The notes under the pieces were generated by a model. The model was not told the DNA's origin, did no database searches, and worked only from the letters and a program-made list of their open reading frames with translations. Positions 48,931 to 57,473 of a stretch of 64,000 nt of DNA are shown here, in pieces. Position 1 is the first letter of the stretch. Each line of letters opens with the position of its first letter. A program made the position numbers and the translations under genes. Origin of the DNA: Candidatus Pseudolachnospira avium (GTDB lineage Bacteria; Bacillota; Clostridia; Lachnospirales; Lachnospiraceae); contig CAJFTW010000054.1 in NCBI GenBank assembly GCA_904420025.1, forward strand, positions 761 to 64,760, given 5' to 3'.

Positions 48931-50640
48931 ATGACTCAGGAGGAACAGCTCTGCCGGGAGCAGATCCTTTCGGAGGACTATATGGACTTTGTGCTGGAAT
49001 ATCCGGTGGCCCGGCCTCCAGTATTTGGCGAGTACGGGGCATACTGTATGGAGGTAGTGAACCCATTGTATGCAGTGGCCCATCTGAGCCGGGAACGGGC
49101 CCCTTTCTACAATGTGGCGGATTATGGCTTCCGCGCTATTCCCAGCCTGTTTTCCCTCCAGGAAACCACCAGCATGGAAAGCGCGGGAATCCTGCGGGCC
49201 CAGACCCTGCCTGTGCCGGGGCTGCGGGGGGAGGGGGTGATTGTGGGGGTCATCGACACCGGCATTGACTACACCCACCCAGTATTCCGGCGGGCGGACG
49301 GCGGCAGCCGGATCCTGCGGATTTGGGATCAGACTGACCAGACAGGGGAACCGCCGGCGGGCCTTCCCTACGGCACCGAGTACCGGCAGGAACAGCTGGA
49401 CGCGGCACTGCGGCAGCCGGATCCCCGCAGCCTGGTGCTCACGGCAGATGAAAATGGCCATGGGACGTTTCTGGCCGGCATTGCCGCCGGCAGCGAGATG
49501 CCGGACGGCAGTTTTATTGGTGCGGCCCCGGATGCTAGCTTGGCAGTGGTCAAGCTGAAACCGGCCAAGGAAAACCTGAAGGCCTACTATCTGGTAGATA
49601 CGGAGCAGCCGGTGTACCAGGAAACCGATATCCTTCTGGCCGTGCGGTATCTGCTGGACCTGCGGGAACAGCTGGCCATGCCCCTGGTGATCTGCCTGGG
49701 CCTGGGGACCAACCGGGGTGGACATGACGGCTATACGCCCCTGGAGGAGGTGCTGAGCCGCCCTACGGATTTGGGCGGATTGGTGCCGGTGGCAGCGGCA
49801 GGCAATGAGGGGAACCGGGCGCACCATTACTTTGGCCTTTTGAACGAGGAGGAGGAATACCGGGATGTGGAGCTGCGGATCCCTCCGGGGGAAAGCGGCT
49901 TCCGAATGGATTTCTGGGCCCAGGCCCCGGAACTCTACGCGGTAGGTTTCCTCTCCCCTGGCGGGGAGGAGGTGCCCCGGATCCCGCCCCAGGCGGGCAG
50001 CAGCCAGGAGATTGGGTTCGTACTGGAGGAAACCGCTATCACCGTGGATTACCGTCTGGTGGAGGTGCGCTCCGGCAGCCAGCTGATCTCCATGGGCTTC
50101 CGCCAGCCCACGCCGGGCATCTGGATCATCCGGATTTACAACACCTACCGGATTGCCGGGCAATTCCATCTGTGGCTGCCTGTGGAAGGGCAGGCAGAGC
50201 CGGGCACCTATTTCTTGGAGCCTTCCCCGGACACTACTCTGACCATCCCCTCTACCGGGGATGGGGTGCTGACAGTGGGGGCGTACAACCACCGGGCAGA
50301 CAGCATTTACATTCACTCGGGCAGAGGCTATACCCGGCTGGGGGCGGTGAAGCCGGACTTGGCAGCGCCAGGAGTTTCGGTATATGGACCGGTGCCGGGG
50401 GGTGGATTCGCCACCTTCTCTGGCACCAGCGTGGCGGCGGCCCATGCGGCCGGGGCGGCGGCGGATCTTCTCCATTGGGGGATTGTACGGGGGAATGAGC
50501 CGCGGATGGATATCAACGCAGTGCGGGCTTACCTGATTCTGGGCGCACGGCGGAAGGCGGTATACAGCTATCCCAATCGGGAATGGGGATACGGGGCTCT
50601 GGATTTATATGGTGTATTTGAAACGCTAAAAATGTCTTGA
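48931..50640 (+). CDS. Subtilisin-like S8 protease of the Csp (spore germination) type
   Basis: VIDTGIDY (Asp), GHGTFLAGIAAG (His), AAGNEG, FSGTSVAA (Ser), long insertion between Asn and Ser regions, YPNREWGYG tail. Confidence 0.88.
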   Translation: MTQEEQLCREQILSEDYMDFVLEYPVARPPVFGEYGAYCMEVVNPLYAVAHLSRERAPFYNVADYGFRAIPSLFSLQETTSMESAGILRAQTLPVPGLRGEGVIVGVIDTGIDYTHPVFRRADGGSRILRIWDQTDQTGEPPAGLPYGTEYRQEQLDAALRQPDPRSLVLTADENGHGTFLAGIAAGSEMPDGSFIGAAPDASLAVVKLKPAKENLKAYYLVDTEQPVYQETDILLAVRYLLDLREQLAMPLVICLGLGTNRGGHDGYTPLEEVLSRPTDLGGLVPVAAAGNEGNRAHHYFGLLNEEEEYRDVELRIPPGESGFRMDFWAQAPELYAVGFLSPGGEEVPRIPPQAGSSQEIGFVLEETAITVDYRLVEVRSGSQLISMGFRQPTPGIWIIRIYNTYRIAGQFHLWLPVEGQAEPGTYFLEPSPDTTLTIPSTGDGVLTVGAYNHRADSIYIHSGRGYTRLGAVKPDLAAPGVSVYGPVPGGGFATFSGTSVAAAHAAGAAADLLHWGIVRGNEPRMDINAVRAYLILGARRKAVYSYPNREWGYGALDLYGVFETLKMS

Positions 50641-50654
50641 CAAAAGAAAAATAT

Positions 50655-50682
50655 TGTACTATTGTATTAAACAAATAGAACA
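50655..50682 (+). promoter_or_regulatory. YtrA-type GntR operator at the ABC exporter promoter
   Basis: TGTACTA-T-TGTATTA-AACAAA-TAGAACA downstream of TTGACA at 50637. Confidence 0.5.
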
Positions 50683-50717
50683 TGAGCCTGCCTGCAGGCT
50701 CGGACAGGAGGCAAAAG

Positions 50718-51452
50718 ATGTCGATGATTCGGCTGGAGCATATCTCCAAGACTTATGCGGGAACTCACAAAGCCGTGGACGATATGAACTGGGAAATCCA
50801 GGAGGGAACCATCACCGGCTTTATCGGCCCCAACGGGGCAGGAAAAACGACCACTCTGAAGATGATCACGGGGATTCTGGAGCCGGATAAGGGCGGCAGC
50901 ATTACGGTAAATGGAAAAGATATCCTCAGAGAGCCAGTGGAAGCCAAGAAGCAGTTTGGCTTTGTTTCGGACAGCCCGGACAATTTCCTGCGGCTCAAGG
51001 GCATCGAATACCTGAATTTTATGGGGGATATCTATGAGGTGCCTACCCAGGAGCGGAAGGAGCGGATTGCTGCCTATGCCGCCCGATTTGAGATGGAGAA
51101 CGCCCTGAAGGATCGGATCCTCAGCTATTCCCATGGTATGCGCCAGAAAATTATGGTCATGGGGGCATTGATCCACAATCCGGCGATCTGGATTTTGGAT
51201 GAGCCCCTCACTGGCTTGGATCCCAAGTCTGCCTTTGCCCTAAAGGAAATGATGCGGGAACATGCGGAGGCGGGGAAGAGCGTTCTGTTTTCCACCCATG
51301 TACTGGAAGTGGCGGAGAAGCTCTGCGACCAGATTGCGGTGATTAACCACGGACGCTTTGTGTACCGGGGCACATTGGAGGAACTGAGAGGACAATTCCG
51401 GGAAGGAGAGACTCTGGAAGAAATCTTCCTGAGCATGACCAAGGATGCGTAA
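50718..51452 (+). CDS. ABC-2 type exporter ATP-binding protein
   Basis: GPNGAGKTT, YSHGMRQK, LDEPLTGLDP, STH; SD AGGAGG before ATG 50718. Confidence 0.92.
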   Translation: MSMIRLEHISKTYAGTHKAVDDMNWEIQEGTITGFIGPNGAGKTTTLKMITGILEPDKGGSITVNGKDILREPVEAKKQFGFVSDSPDNFLRLKGIEYLNFMGDIYEVPTQERKERIAAYAARFEMENALKDRILSYSHGMRQKIMVMGALIHNPAIWILDEPLTGLDPKSAFALKEMMREHAEAGKSVLFSTHVLEVAEKLCDQIAVINHGRFVYRGTLEELRGQFREGETLEEIFLSMTKDA

Positions 51453-53181
51453 ATTGCGAGTGTTAACCTGGACCCTGCTTAAGTGTGGCATGAGCAGCGC
51501 TATGTCCACCGGGTCGGGTAAGAAAAAACGGAAAATCAATCTGTCCGGGGCAGCGTTATGGCTGCTGGTGGTGGTCTGCTTGATCCCCATGTTTGCTATG
51601 CTGTTCCAGGGAGGGAAGGCAGGCTATGAGCTGCTGGCCCCTACCGGCCAGGAGGGTCTTCTGCTGGAGCTGGCCTGCTTTGTCGGCGGGATAATGACCT
51701 TTGTTTTCGGCCTTCCCTATATCCTGACGGTATTCTATATGAGTGGGGACATCCAGACCTTGCTGCCCCTGCCGCTTCGTGCGTCCCAGATTGTAGGAGC
51801 CAAATTCCTGGTCGTGTGGGTGTACGAACTGTTGACAACCGCCGCTATTTTGCTGCCGGTGTTTATCGGTTTTGGGACAGCTGCCGGGGCAGGGGTTCCC
51901 TTTTGGCTGATTACCCTGGCGGGGATCCTGCTTTTGCCGGTGGTCCCCATGGCCTATGCAGCGCTGGTTTCTATGATTTTCATGCGCCTGGGAAAAGTGG
52001 CCCGCAATAAGAGCGTGCTGACCACACTGGGAACGATTCTGCTTTTGATTGCTGCCATGGGGGTTGGTATGCTCAGCAGCCAAATGGAAAATATGGATGC
52101 GCAGAACTTGCTGGATCTTTTGATGGCAGGGCGCAATTCACTGGTGGGAATCCTCAGCAAGCTGTTCCCTAACCTGCGTTTCCTGGTAGAAGCGCTGGTG
52201 GGCGGTGCAGCCTGGAATTTGCTGATTTACGCAGCGATTACGGCAGCCTTTGTAGTCCTGCTTTTGCTGGTGGCCACCCGCCTGTATTTTGGCGGTGTCC
52301 TATCCATGAGTGAGACTACCTCCAAACGACAGAAAATTACTGCCCGGGAGGAAGCCAAGCTGGTGCGCAGCAGCGGGGCGCTGTCTGCCTACCTGCGGAA
52401 GGAATACCGGCTGCTGTTTCGCTCGCCGGTGTATTTCCTCAACTGCGCGCTGATGCTGTTCATCTGGCCGCTGCTGTTCCTGGTGCCCATGCTGATTGCG
52501 CTGATTGCGGAGCTGGGATCTCTGGGAAGCCTTGTGGAAGTGATGGGGACCTTGGGAGCGTTGATGGATGAGATTCAAATGACCGGCCAGCAGGCGGCCT
52601 TTATAGGCGGCATAGTGATTCTGGTGTGCTATGGCCTGACGGTGTTTCTGGGAAGCAGCAACCTGATCTGTGCCACTGCCATTTCCCGGGAGGGAGGCGG
52701 CTGCCTGTTCATGAAATATATTCCCATGCCCTACCGGCAGCAGGTGAAGGCTAAGCTGCTGTCCGGCCTGATCCTGGGAATTCTCTGCACCACCGGATAT
52801 CTGCTGATTTTTTTCCTTATAGCCCTGGCTGTGGGGGCTCCTCTGCCGTTGCCGGCGGTGGTTTTGTCGGTGGTGGTTACGGTGCTGCTCAATGGCGGGA
52901 TGAATATCTTTCAGCTGTGGCGTGATTTGTGCCGCCCCAAACTGGTCTGGGAGAATGAGCAGCAGGCGGTGAAGCAAAACCTGAACGCTACCATCAGTAT
53001 GTTTTTGCTGTGGGTGATTGGCCTTGGGCTGGGGGCGCTGGCGGTATGGCTGTATACGTTGACGGAGATGTCCCCCTACCTGCTGGCGGCTGGCGGCTGC
53101 GTCATCCTGGCAGTGCTGGATCTATTGCTGTACCGGGTATTGATGCGGGCGGCAGACCGGAAGATTGCCGCTTACGAGTAA
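51445..53181 (+). CDS. Putative ABC exporter permease (duplicated multi-TM)
   Basis: Many TM segments, DIQTLLPLPL..IVGAKF, KEYRLLFRSP, ISREG; overlaps the ATPase stop. Confidence 0.85.
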   Translation: MRKLRVLTWTLLKCGMSSAMSTGSGKKKRKINLSGAALWLLVVVCLIPMFAMLFQGGKAGYELLAPTGQEGLLLELACFVGGIMTFVFGLPYILTVFYMSGDIQTLLPLPLRASQIVGAKFLVVWVYELLTTAAILLPVFIGFGTAAGAGVPFWLITLAGILLLPVVPMAYAALVSMIFMRLGKVARNKSVLTTLGTILLLIAAMGVGMLSSQMENMDAQNLLDLLMAGRNSLVGILSKLFPNLRFLVEALVGGAAWNLLIYAAITAAFVVLLLLVATRLYFGGVLSMSETTSKRQKITAREEAKLVRSSGALSAYLRKEYRLLFRSPVYFLNCALMLFIWPLLFLVPMLIALIAELGSLGSLVEVMGTLGALMDEIQMTGQQAAFIGGIVILVCYGLTVFLGSSNLICATAISREGGGCLFMKYIPMPYRQQVKAKLLSGLILGILCTTGYLLIFFLIALAVGAPLPLPAVVLSVVVTVLLNGGMNIFQLWRDLCRPKLVWENEQQAVKQNLNATISMFLLWVIGLGLGALAVWLYTLTEMSPYLLAAGGCVILAVLDLLLYRVLMRAADRKIAAYE

Positions 53182-53235
53182 AAGGCGGAAAAAGGAAAGC
53201 CGAAAACAGAAAAGGATGGGGTGCGCAAGGGGCGG

Positions 53236-53730
53236 TTATTCCGCCCCTTGTTCGGTCAGCTCCGTTCGTTTCAGCGGCTTGTCCTCTGTATGCCCCAGAA
53301 TGGTCAGCAGGCAACCGGTAAAGATGGCAAGGTCCCCCAGGTTAAAGGCAACGTTTTCAATGGGCTTCCAGGGAAATTTCAGATAATCCACCACATAGCC
53401 CCGGCGCCAGTGGTCGGAAATATTACTGGCGGCACCTCCCAGGATCAGGGCTCCCCCCAGCTTCTCAAGGCTCTGTTTCCGCTTCCGCCGGAAAAGCAGG
53501 GGCAGAAAATGCAGCAGCGCCAGAACGCCGGCAGCGGTGGAAGCCCGGGCAGCTGTTTCCGGCTTATCCTCCAGGAAGTTCAGCATCATCCCCTTGTTGT
53601 GGCTTCGGCAAAGCGTCGCCCTTCCGCGCAGGATTTTTCGTGGAAGCCGATCCTCCGGCTGTTCTTCCACATAAGCCTTGGCCGCCAGGTCGGCCAGAAA
53701 AACACCTGCTCCCAGTATAAAATGTATCAT
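53236..53730 (-). CDS. lspA: Signal peptidase II (lipoprotein signal peptidase family)
   Basis: GGAASNISD, GYVVDY, FNLGD catalytic motifs; GAGGAGG SD before ATG 53730. Confidence 0.8.
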   Translation of the reverse strand: MIHFILGAGVFLADLAAKAYVEEQPEDRLPRKILRGRATLCRSHNKGMMLNFLEDKPETAARASTAAGVLALLHFLPLLFRRKRKQSLEKLGGALILGGAASNISDHWRRGYVVDYLKFPWKPIENVAFNLGDLAIFTGCLLTILGHTEDKPLKRTELTEQGAE

Positions 53731-53745
53731 AGGCGGATTCCTCCT

Positions 53746-53790
53746 CTCATGGCTGCCGTGTCCCTCACGGCAGCCGGCTGTACCTGCGGG
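53746..53790 (-). repeat. 49-nt leader unit, single divergent copy before lspA
   Basis: Minus strand CCCGCAGGTACAGCCGGCTGCCGTG-AGGGA-CACGGCAGCCATGAG then AGGAGG. Confidence 0.75.
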
Positions 53791-53937
53791 CTTTATCCTA
53801 ATCATAACACAGCTTCCAGGGAAACGCCAGCCTATCGACAAAAACGCCGGGACGTGCTATGCTGGAGGGCAGAAAAGCCTGGGCGAAGCCAACGGGCCTG
53901 CAGGCGCGGAAATCCAAAAGACAGGAGCGGATGAAGT

Positions 53938-54624
53938 ATGGAACAAAATAGGGAAAAATCGTACCGTATGGGACAGCTGGCCCTGGGCCTGGTGTTGATG
54001 CTGCTGATTATCTCGGCAGCTGTAGTGATCACATTGAATTTCCGCCCGCTTTATTATTGGGAAATGGACCGGATGGATCTGGACCAGGTTTCCGGCCTTT
54101 CCCAGGAGCAGATCCGCCGCAATTATGATGTGCTCATTGATTACAACAATTTCTGGGGGCCGAATACGCTGGAGTTCCCGGATCTGCCTATGTCAGAAGG
54201 GGGCCGGATCCACTTTGAGGAGGTCAAACGGGTATTCCTGTTTTTTGAGTATATGGTGCCGGTGACCTTGGTGCTGGCAGTGGCCGGCGTGGCCTGGTTC
54301 CGGCGCAGGCGGCAATTTCGCTATCTGAAATACGCGGCGCTGCTGACGGTGTTGGTCCCGCTGGCGGCAGGCCTGGCCATTGCAGTCAACTGGGACCAGG
54401 CGTTTGTGCTGTTCCATGAGGTGGTATTCCGGAACGACCTCTGGATTTTCAATGCCTCTACGGATCCGGTGATCACGATCCTGCCGGATACCTTTTTCCT
54501 CCACTGTGCGGTGATGATCCTGGTGCTGGTGGTTCTGGGAAGCGCCCTGTGCGGGGCCATTTATGGGAGGAAAAGCCGCGGAATGGCTGAAAAAGCTGAA
54601 AACCAGTCGAAAAGTGTCGATTAA
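53938..54624 (+). CDS. Integral membrane protein (TIGR01906/DUF1461-like)
   Basis: NYDVLIDY, GRIHFEEVK, FVLFHEVVFRNDLWIFNASTDPVITILPDTFF. Confidence 0.8.
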   Translation: MEQNREKSYRMGQLALGLVLMLLIISAAVVITLNFRPLYYWEMDRMDLDQVSGLSQEQIRRNYDVLIDYNNFWGPNTLEFPDLPMSEGGRIHFEEVKRVFLFFEYMVPVTLVLAVAGVAWFRRRRQFRYLKYAALLTVLVPLAAGLAIAVNWDQAFVLFHEVVFRNDLWIFNASTDPVITILPDTFFLHCAVMILVLVVLGSALCGAIYGRKSRGMAEKAENQSKSVD

Positions 54625-54689
54625 AAATGATGGAAAAATTTTCCCGGTTCTGGTATGATAGGTTCGGAACATGCAAGGGAGGCATTGGA

Positions 54690-54833
54690 ATGAACCGGGA
54701 AATTGAGCACGAGCGGCTGAAGGAGGAAAATCAGCGGCTGCGGGATACCATCCGGCAATTGGACCGGATTATTGAACGCTTGATTGAGGAATATATTGTA
54801 CGCTCGGATTCCGGCCCAAAGCAGCCGAAATGA
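54690..54833 (+). CDS. Small hypothetical coiled-coil protein (47 aa)
   Basis: AGGGAGG SD before ATG 54690; own -10 (TGGTATGAT) upstream; heptad pattern LKEENQRLRDTIRQLDRIIERL. Confidence 0.6.
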   Translation: MNREIEHERLKEENQRLRDTIRQLDRIIERLIEEYIVRSDSGPKQPK

Positions 54834-54847
54834 ATTCCGCCGGCTGC

Positions 54848-55657
54848 CTACTGGGGGATTTGGCGGCCCGTGTGGTCAATGGTATACTCCCCTGTGCAGA
54901 TCAGCTGGGAGATGGGGACCAGCTCATAGCCCTGGGCCTGCAGGCCGGTGATTACGGCTTCCAGCGCTTTCGGCGTATATTTGGCACCATTGTGCAGGAG
55001 TATAATGGAGCCGTTGCACAGGTTTTTGTGATTGCAGACTGTCTTAACGATGGAGTCTGCGCCATAATCTTTCCAGTCCAGGCTGTCAACATTCCACTGT
55101 ACGCACTGATACCCCATCTCCCGCACCGTGCTCACCAGTGTATCATTGTAATCCCCATAAGGCGGCCGGAACAGGTCCATTTCAATGCCAGTCAGTTCTT
55201 TTACCTCGTCGTGCACACTCTGTATTTCCTGACGGATTTCCGCTTCTGAAAGCTGGCTCATCTGTTGGTGGTTTTCGCTGTGATTCCCGAGATCGTGCCC
55301 CAGTTCCGCAATTCGCTTTACATCATCCGGATAGTCTTTTACCCATTGGCCTGTCATGAAGAATGTCACCTTCACGTCGTACTTTTCCAGAATATCCAGG
55401 ATTTCCGCGGTATCTTCATTGCCCCAGGCGGCGTCAAAGCTCAGCGCCGCCTGTTTTTGGTCGGTTTCCACGGAATAGACCGGAAGTTCCCGGCCAAGCA
55501 GTACCTGGACAGAGGCCGCTGCCGCTGGCCAGTAGGAGCGGGCCTGGGACCACAGGCCCGCCATCAGAAGCAGGAGGATGCCGCCCAGGAGAAAAGGCCG
55601 CCTTACCAGAGGGGGGCTGGCTGCCGGCTTCTTTTGACGCTTAGAAAAGAATTGCAT
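54848..55657 (-). CDS. Polysaccharide deacetylase, PdaB-like sporulation family
   Basis: LSFDAAWG, GNHSENH, FRPPYG, DSLDW, ILLHN; N-terminal TM; GGAG SD before ATG 55657. Confidence 0.88.
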   Translation of the reverse strand: MQFFSKRQKKPAASPPLVRRPFLLGGILLLLMAGLWSQARSYWPAAAASVQVLLGRELPVYSVETDQKQAALSFDAAWGNEDTAEILDILEKYDVKVTFFMTGQWVKDYPDDVKRIAELGHDLGNHSENHQQMSQLSEAEIRQEIQSVHDEVKELTGIEMDLFRPPYGDYNDTLVSTVREMGYQCVQWNVDSLDWKDYGADSIVKTVCNHKNLCNGSIILLHNGAKYTPKALEAVITGLQAQGYELVPISQLICTGEYTIDHTGRQIPQ

Positions 55658-55688
55658 GAAATTGTTCTCCGTTGTCCGGGTTTGCCAC

Positions 55689-55718
55689 AGTATATGCAGG
55701 CGGACGGCCATTTCATGC
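55689..55718 (-). promoter_or_regulatory. Putative sigmaE promoter of the pdaB-like gene
   Basis: Minus strand GCATGAA-N15-CATATACT. Confidence 0.55.
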
Positions 55719-55894
55719 GGATGAAAACGAGATGCATAGGCGGATTTTGTAAAAAATGTGGAGTATGTTAAAAAAATAGCTGGCAGTAAAGAAAATTCTA
55801 TGCTACAATTTGACTGATGGCCGGCACTTGACGGATGCTGACAGAGAAGGGGAGTGCAGTGCGGCATGTGCCGGCCGGAACCGGGAGGTATTAT

Positions 55895-57163
55895 ATGGAT
55901 CAAAGAAAGATGGCCGTGGAGCTGCTGGACTTTTTGGAGAGAAGCCCCAGCCCTTGCCATGCAGTGGCGAATATGGCACAGCTGTTGGAGGAAAATGGGT
56001 TCCAACGGTTGGGTGAGATGGAACGATGGGAATTGCATCCTGGGGGCGGGTATTATGTTGTCCGGAACGATTCTGCACTCATCTGCTTCCGGATCCCGGA
56101 AGGGGCCTGGAAGGGGTTTCACATTGTGGCCAGCCACAGTGATTCCCCTACTTTCAAGATTAAAGAAAATCCGGAGATGGAATCGGACGGCTATGTGAAG
56201 CTGAATGTGGAGCGGTATGGAGGGATGCTCTGTGCCCCTTGGCTGGACCGCCCCCTGTCTGTGGCAGGGCGTGTGGCTGTCCGGGAGAAGGGGGCGGTAC
56301 GGACCCGGCTGGTCTGTGTAGACCGGGATCTGCTTTTGATCCCCAATCTGGCTGTCCACATGAACCGGCAGGCCAACGAAGGGATTTCCTACAATGCCCA
56401 GAAGGATATGCTCCCGCTTCTGGGGACGGCAGAGGCCAAGGGCTCTTTCTGGAAGGTGGTGGCGGAGGCTGCCGGCGTGGAGGAAGAGGCGATCCTGGGC
56501 CATGACCTGTTTCTGTACAACCGGCAGAAGGGCTGTATCTGGGGGGCTGGTGAGGAGTTCCTCTCCTGCGGGCGCCTAGATGATCTCCAGTGCGGGTTTG
56601 CCTCCCTGAAGGGCTTTCTGGCCGGTCCAAAAGAACGATGGGCGGCCGTTGCCTGCGTTCTGGACAATGAGGAAGTGGGAAGTTCCTCCCGCCAGGGAGC
56701 TTCTTCCACGTTCCTGCGGGATGTGCTGTGGAGGATCAATTGTGGCCTGGGCGGAGATGAGGAAGATTATCTGTGCCGGATTGCCGGCAGCTTCCTGATT
56801 TCGGCGGACAATGCCCATGCAGTACATCCCAACTATGGGGAGAAGGCGGACCCGGTGAACCGCCCGAAGCTCAACGGCGGCATTGTGATCAAATTCAGTG
56901 CCAACCAGCGGTATTGTACAGATGCCTACTCCGCCGCGGTGATGAAGGAGCTGTGCCGGGAGGCGGAGGTGCCCTATCAGGTGTTCACCAACCGCTCGGA
57001 CATGCTGGGAGGCTCCACCCTGGGGAACATCTCCGTCTCCCAGGTGCCTGTGGCCACGGTGGATATTGGGCTGCCCCAGCTGGCCATGCATTCCCCCTAT
57101 GAGACCGCGGGGGTTCGGGATACTGGCTATCTGATCCGGGCGTTGGAGCGCTTTTTTGTTTGA
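55895..57163 (+). CDS. M18 family (aspartyl) aminopeptidase
   Basis: SHSDSP, WLDRPLS, RLDDL, DNEEVGS, SADNAHAVHPNY, GGSTLG, AMHS. Confidence 0.93.
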   Translation: MDQRKMAVELLDFLERSPSPCHAVANMAQLLEENGFQRLGEMERWELHPGGGYYVVRNDSALICFRIPEGAWKGFHIVASHSDSPTFKIKENPEMESDGYVKLNVERYGGMLCAPWLDRPLSVAGRVAVREKGAVRTRLVCVDRDLLLIPNLAVHMNRQANEGISYNAQKDMLPLLGTAEAKGSFWKVVAEAAGVEEEAILGHDLFLYNRQKGCIWGAGEEFLSCGRLDDLQCGFASLKGFLAGPKERWAAVACVLDNEEVGSSSRQGASSTFLRDVLWRINCGLGGDEEDYLCRIAGSFLISADNAHAVHPNYGEKADPVNRPKLNGGIVIKFSANQRYCTDAYSAAVMKELCREAEVPYQVFTNRSDMLGGSTLGNISVSQVPVATVDIGLPQLAMHSPYETAGVRDTGYLIRALERFFV

Positions 57164-57212
57164 GGTGGGCTTTGCGCGAAAAAAGAACAAAAATGCCGGG
57201 TTTCACAGATAC

Positions 57213-57240
57213 TTGACAAGATAGGACGGCATGTTATAAT
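57213..57240 (+). promoter_or_regulatory. sigmaA promoter of the hydrogenase operon
   Basis: TTGACA-N16-TATAAT with extended TG. Confidence 0.75.
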
Positions 57241-57252
57241 ACAACAGTATGC

Positions 57253-57270
57253 TTGATGGAATATTAACAA
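57253..57270 (+). promoter_or_regulatory. Possible Rex operator
   Basis: TTGATGG-AATA-TTAACAA versus clostridial consensus TTGTTAA-N4-TTAACAA; right half perfect; just downstream of the -10 box. Confidence 0.35.
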
Positions 57271-57284
57271 AATTCTTGCACAGA

Positions 57285-57461
57285 CGGTTGCCGTGGGAAC
57301 CACGGCAGCTATGACACACCCTCCGGAAGTAACCGGATGCGGTGAAATACATGACAGCTATGAAACACCCTCCGGGTGTAACTGGATGCCGTGAAATACA
57401 CGGCAGCTATGAAACACCCTCCGGGTGTAACTGGATGCCGTGAAATACACGGCAGCTATGA
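57285..57461 (+). repeat. 49-nt two-hairpin leader unit, ~3.5 tandem copies
   Basis: Units at 57315, 57364 and 57413 (exact 49-nt period; last two identical, first degenerate) plus a partial unit at 57285; followed by AAGGAG. Confidence 0.95.
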
Positions 57462-57473
57462 AAGGAGAATGGA

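Noticed and set aside
57285-57461. CRISPR array interpretation of the 49-nt tandem repeats
   Set aside because: Units are contiguous with no unique spacers, and no cas genes are in the window.
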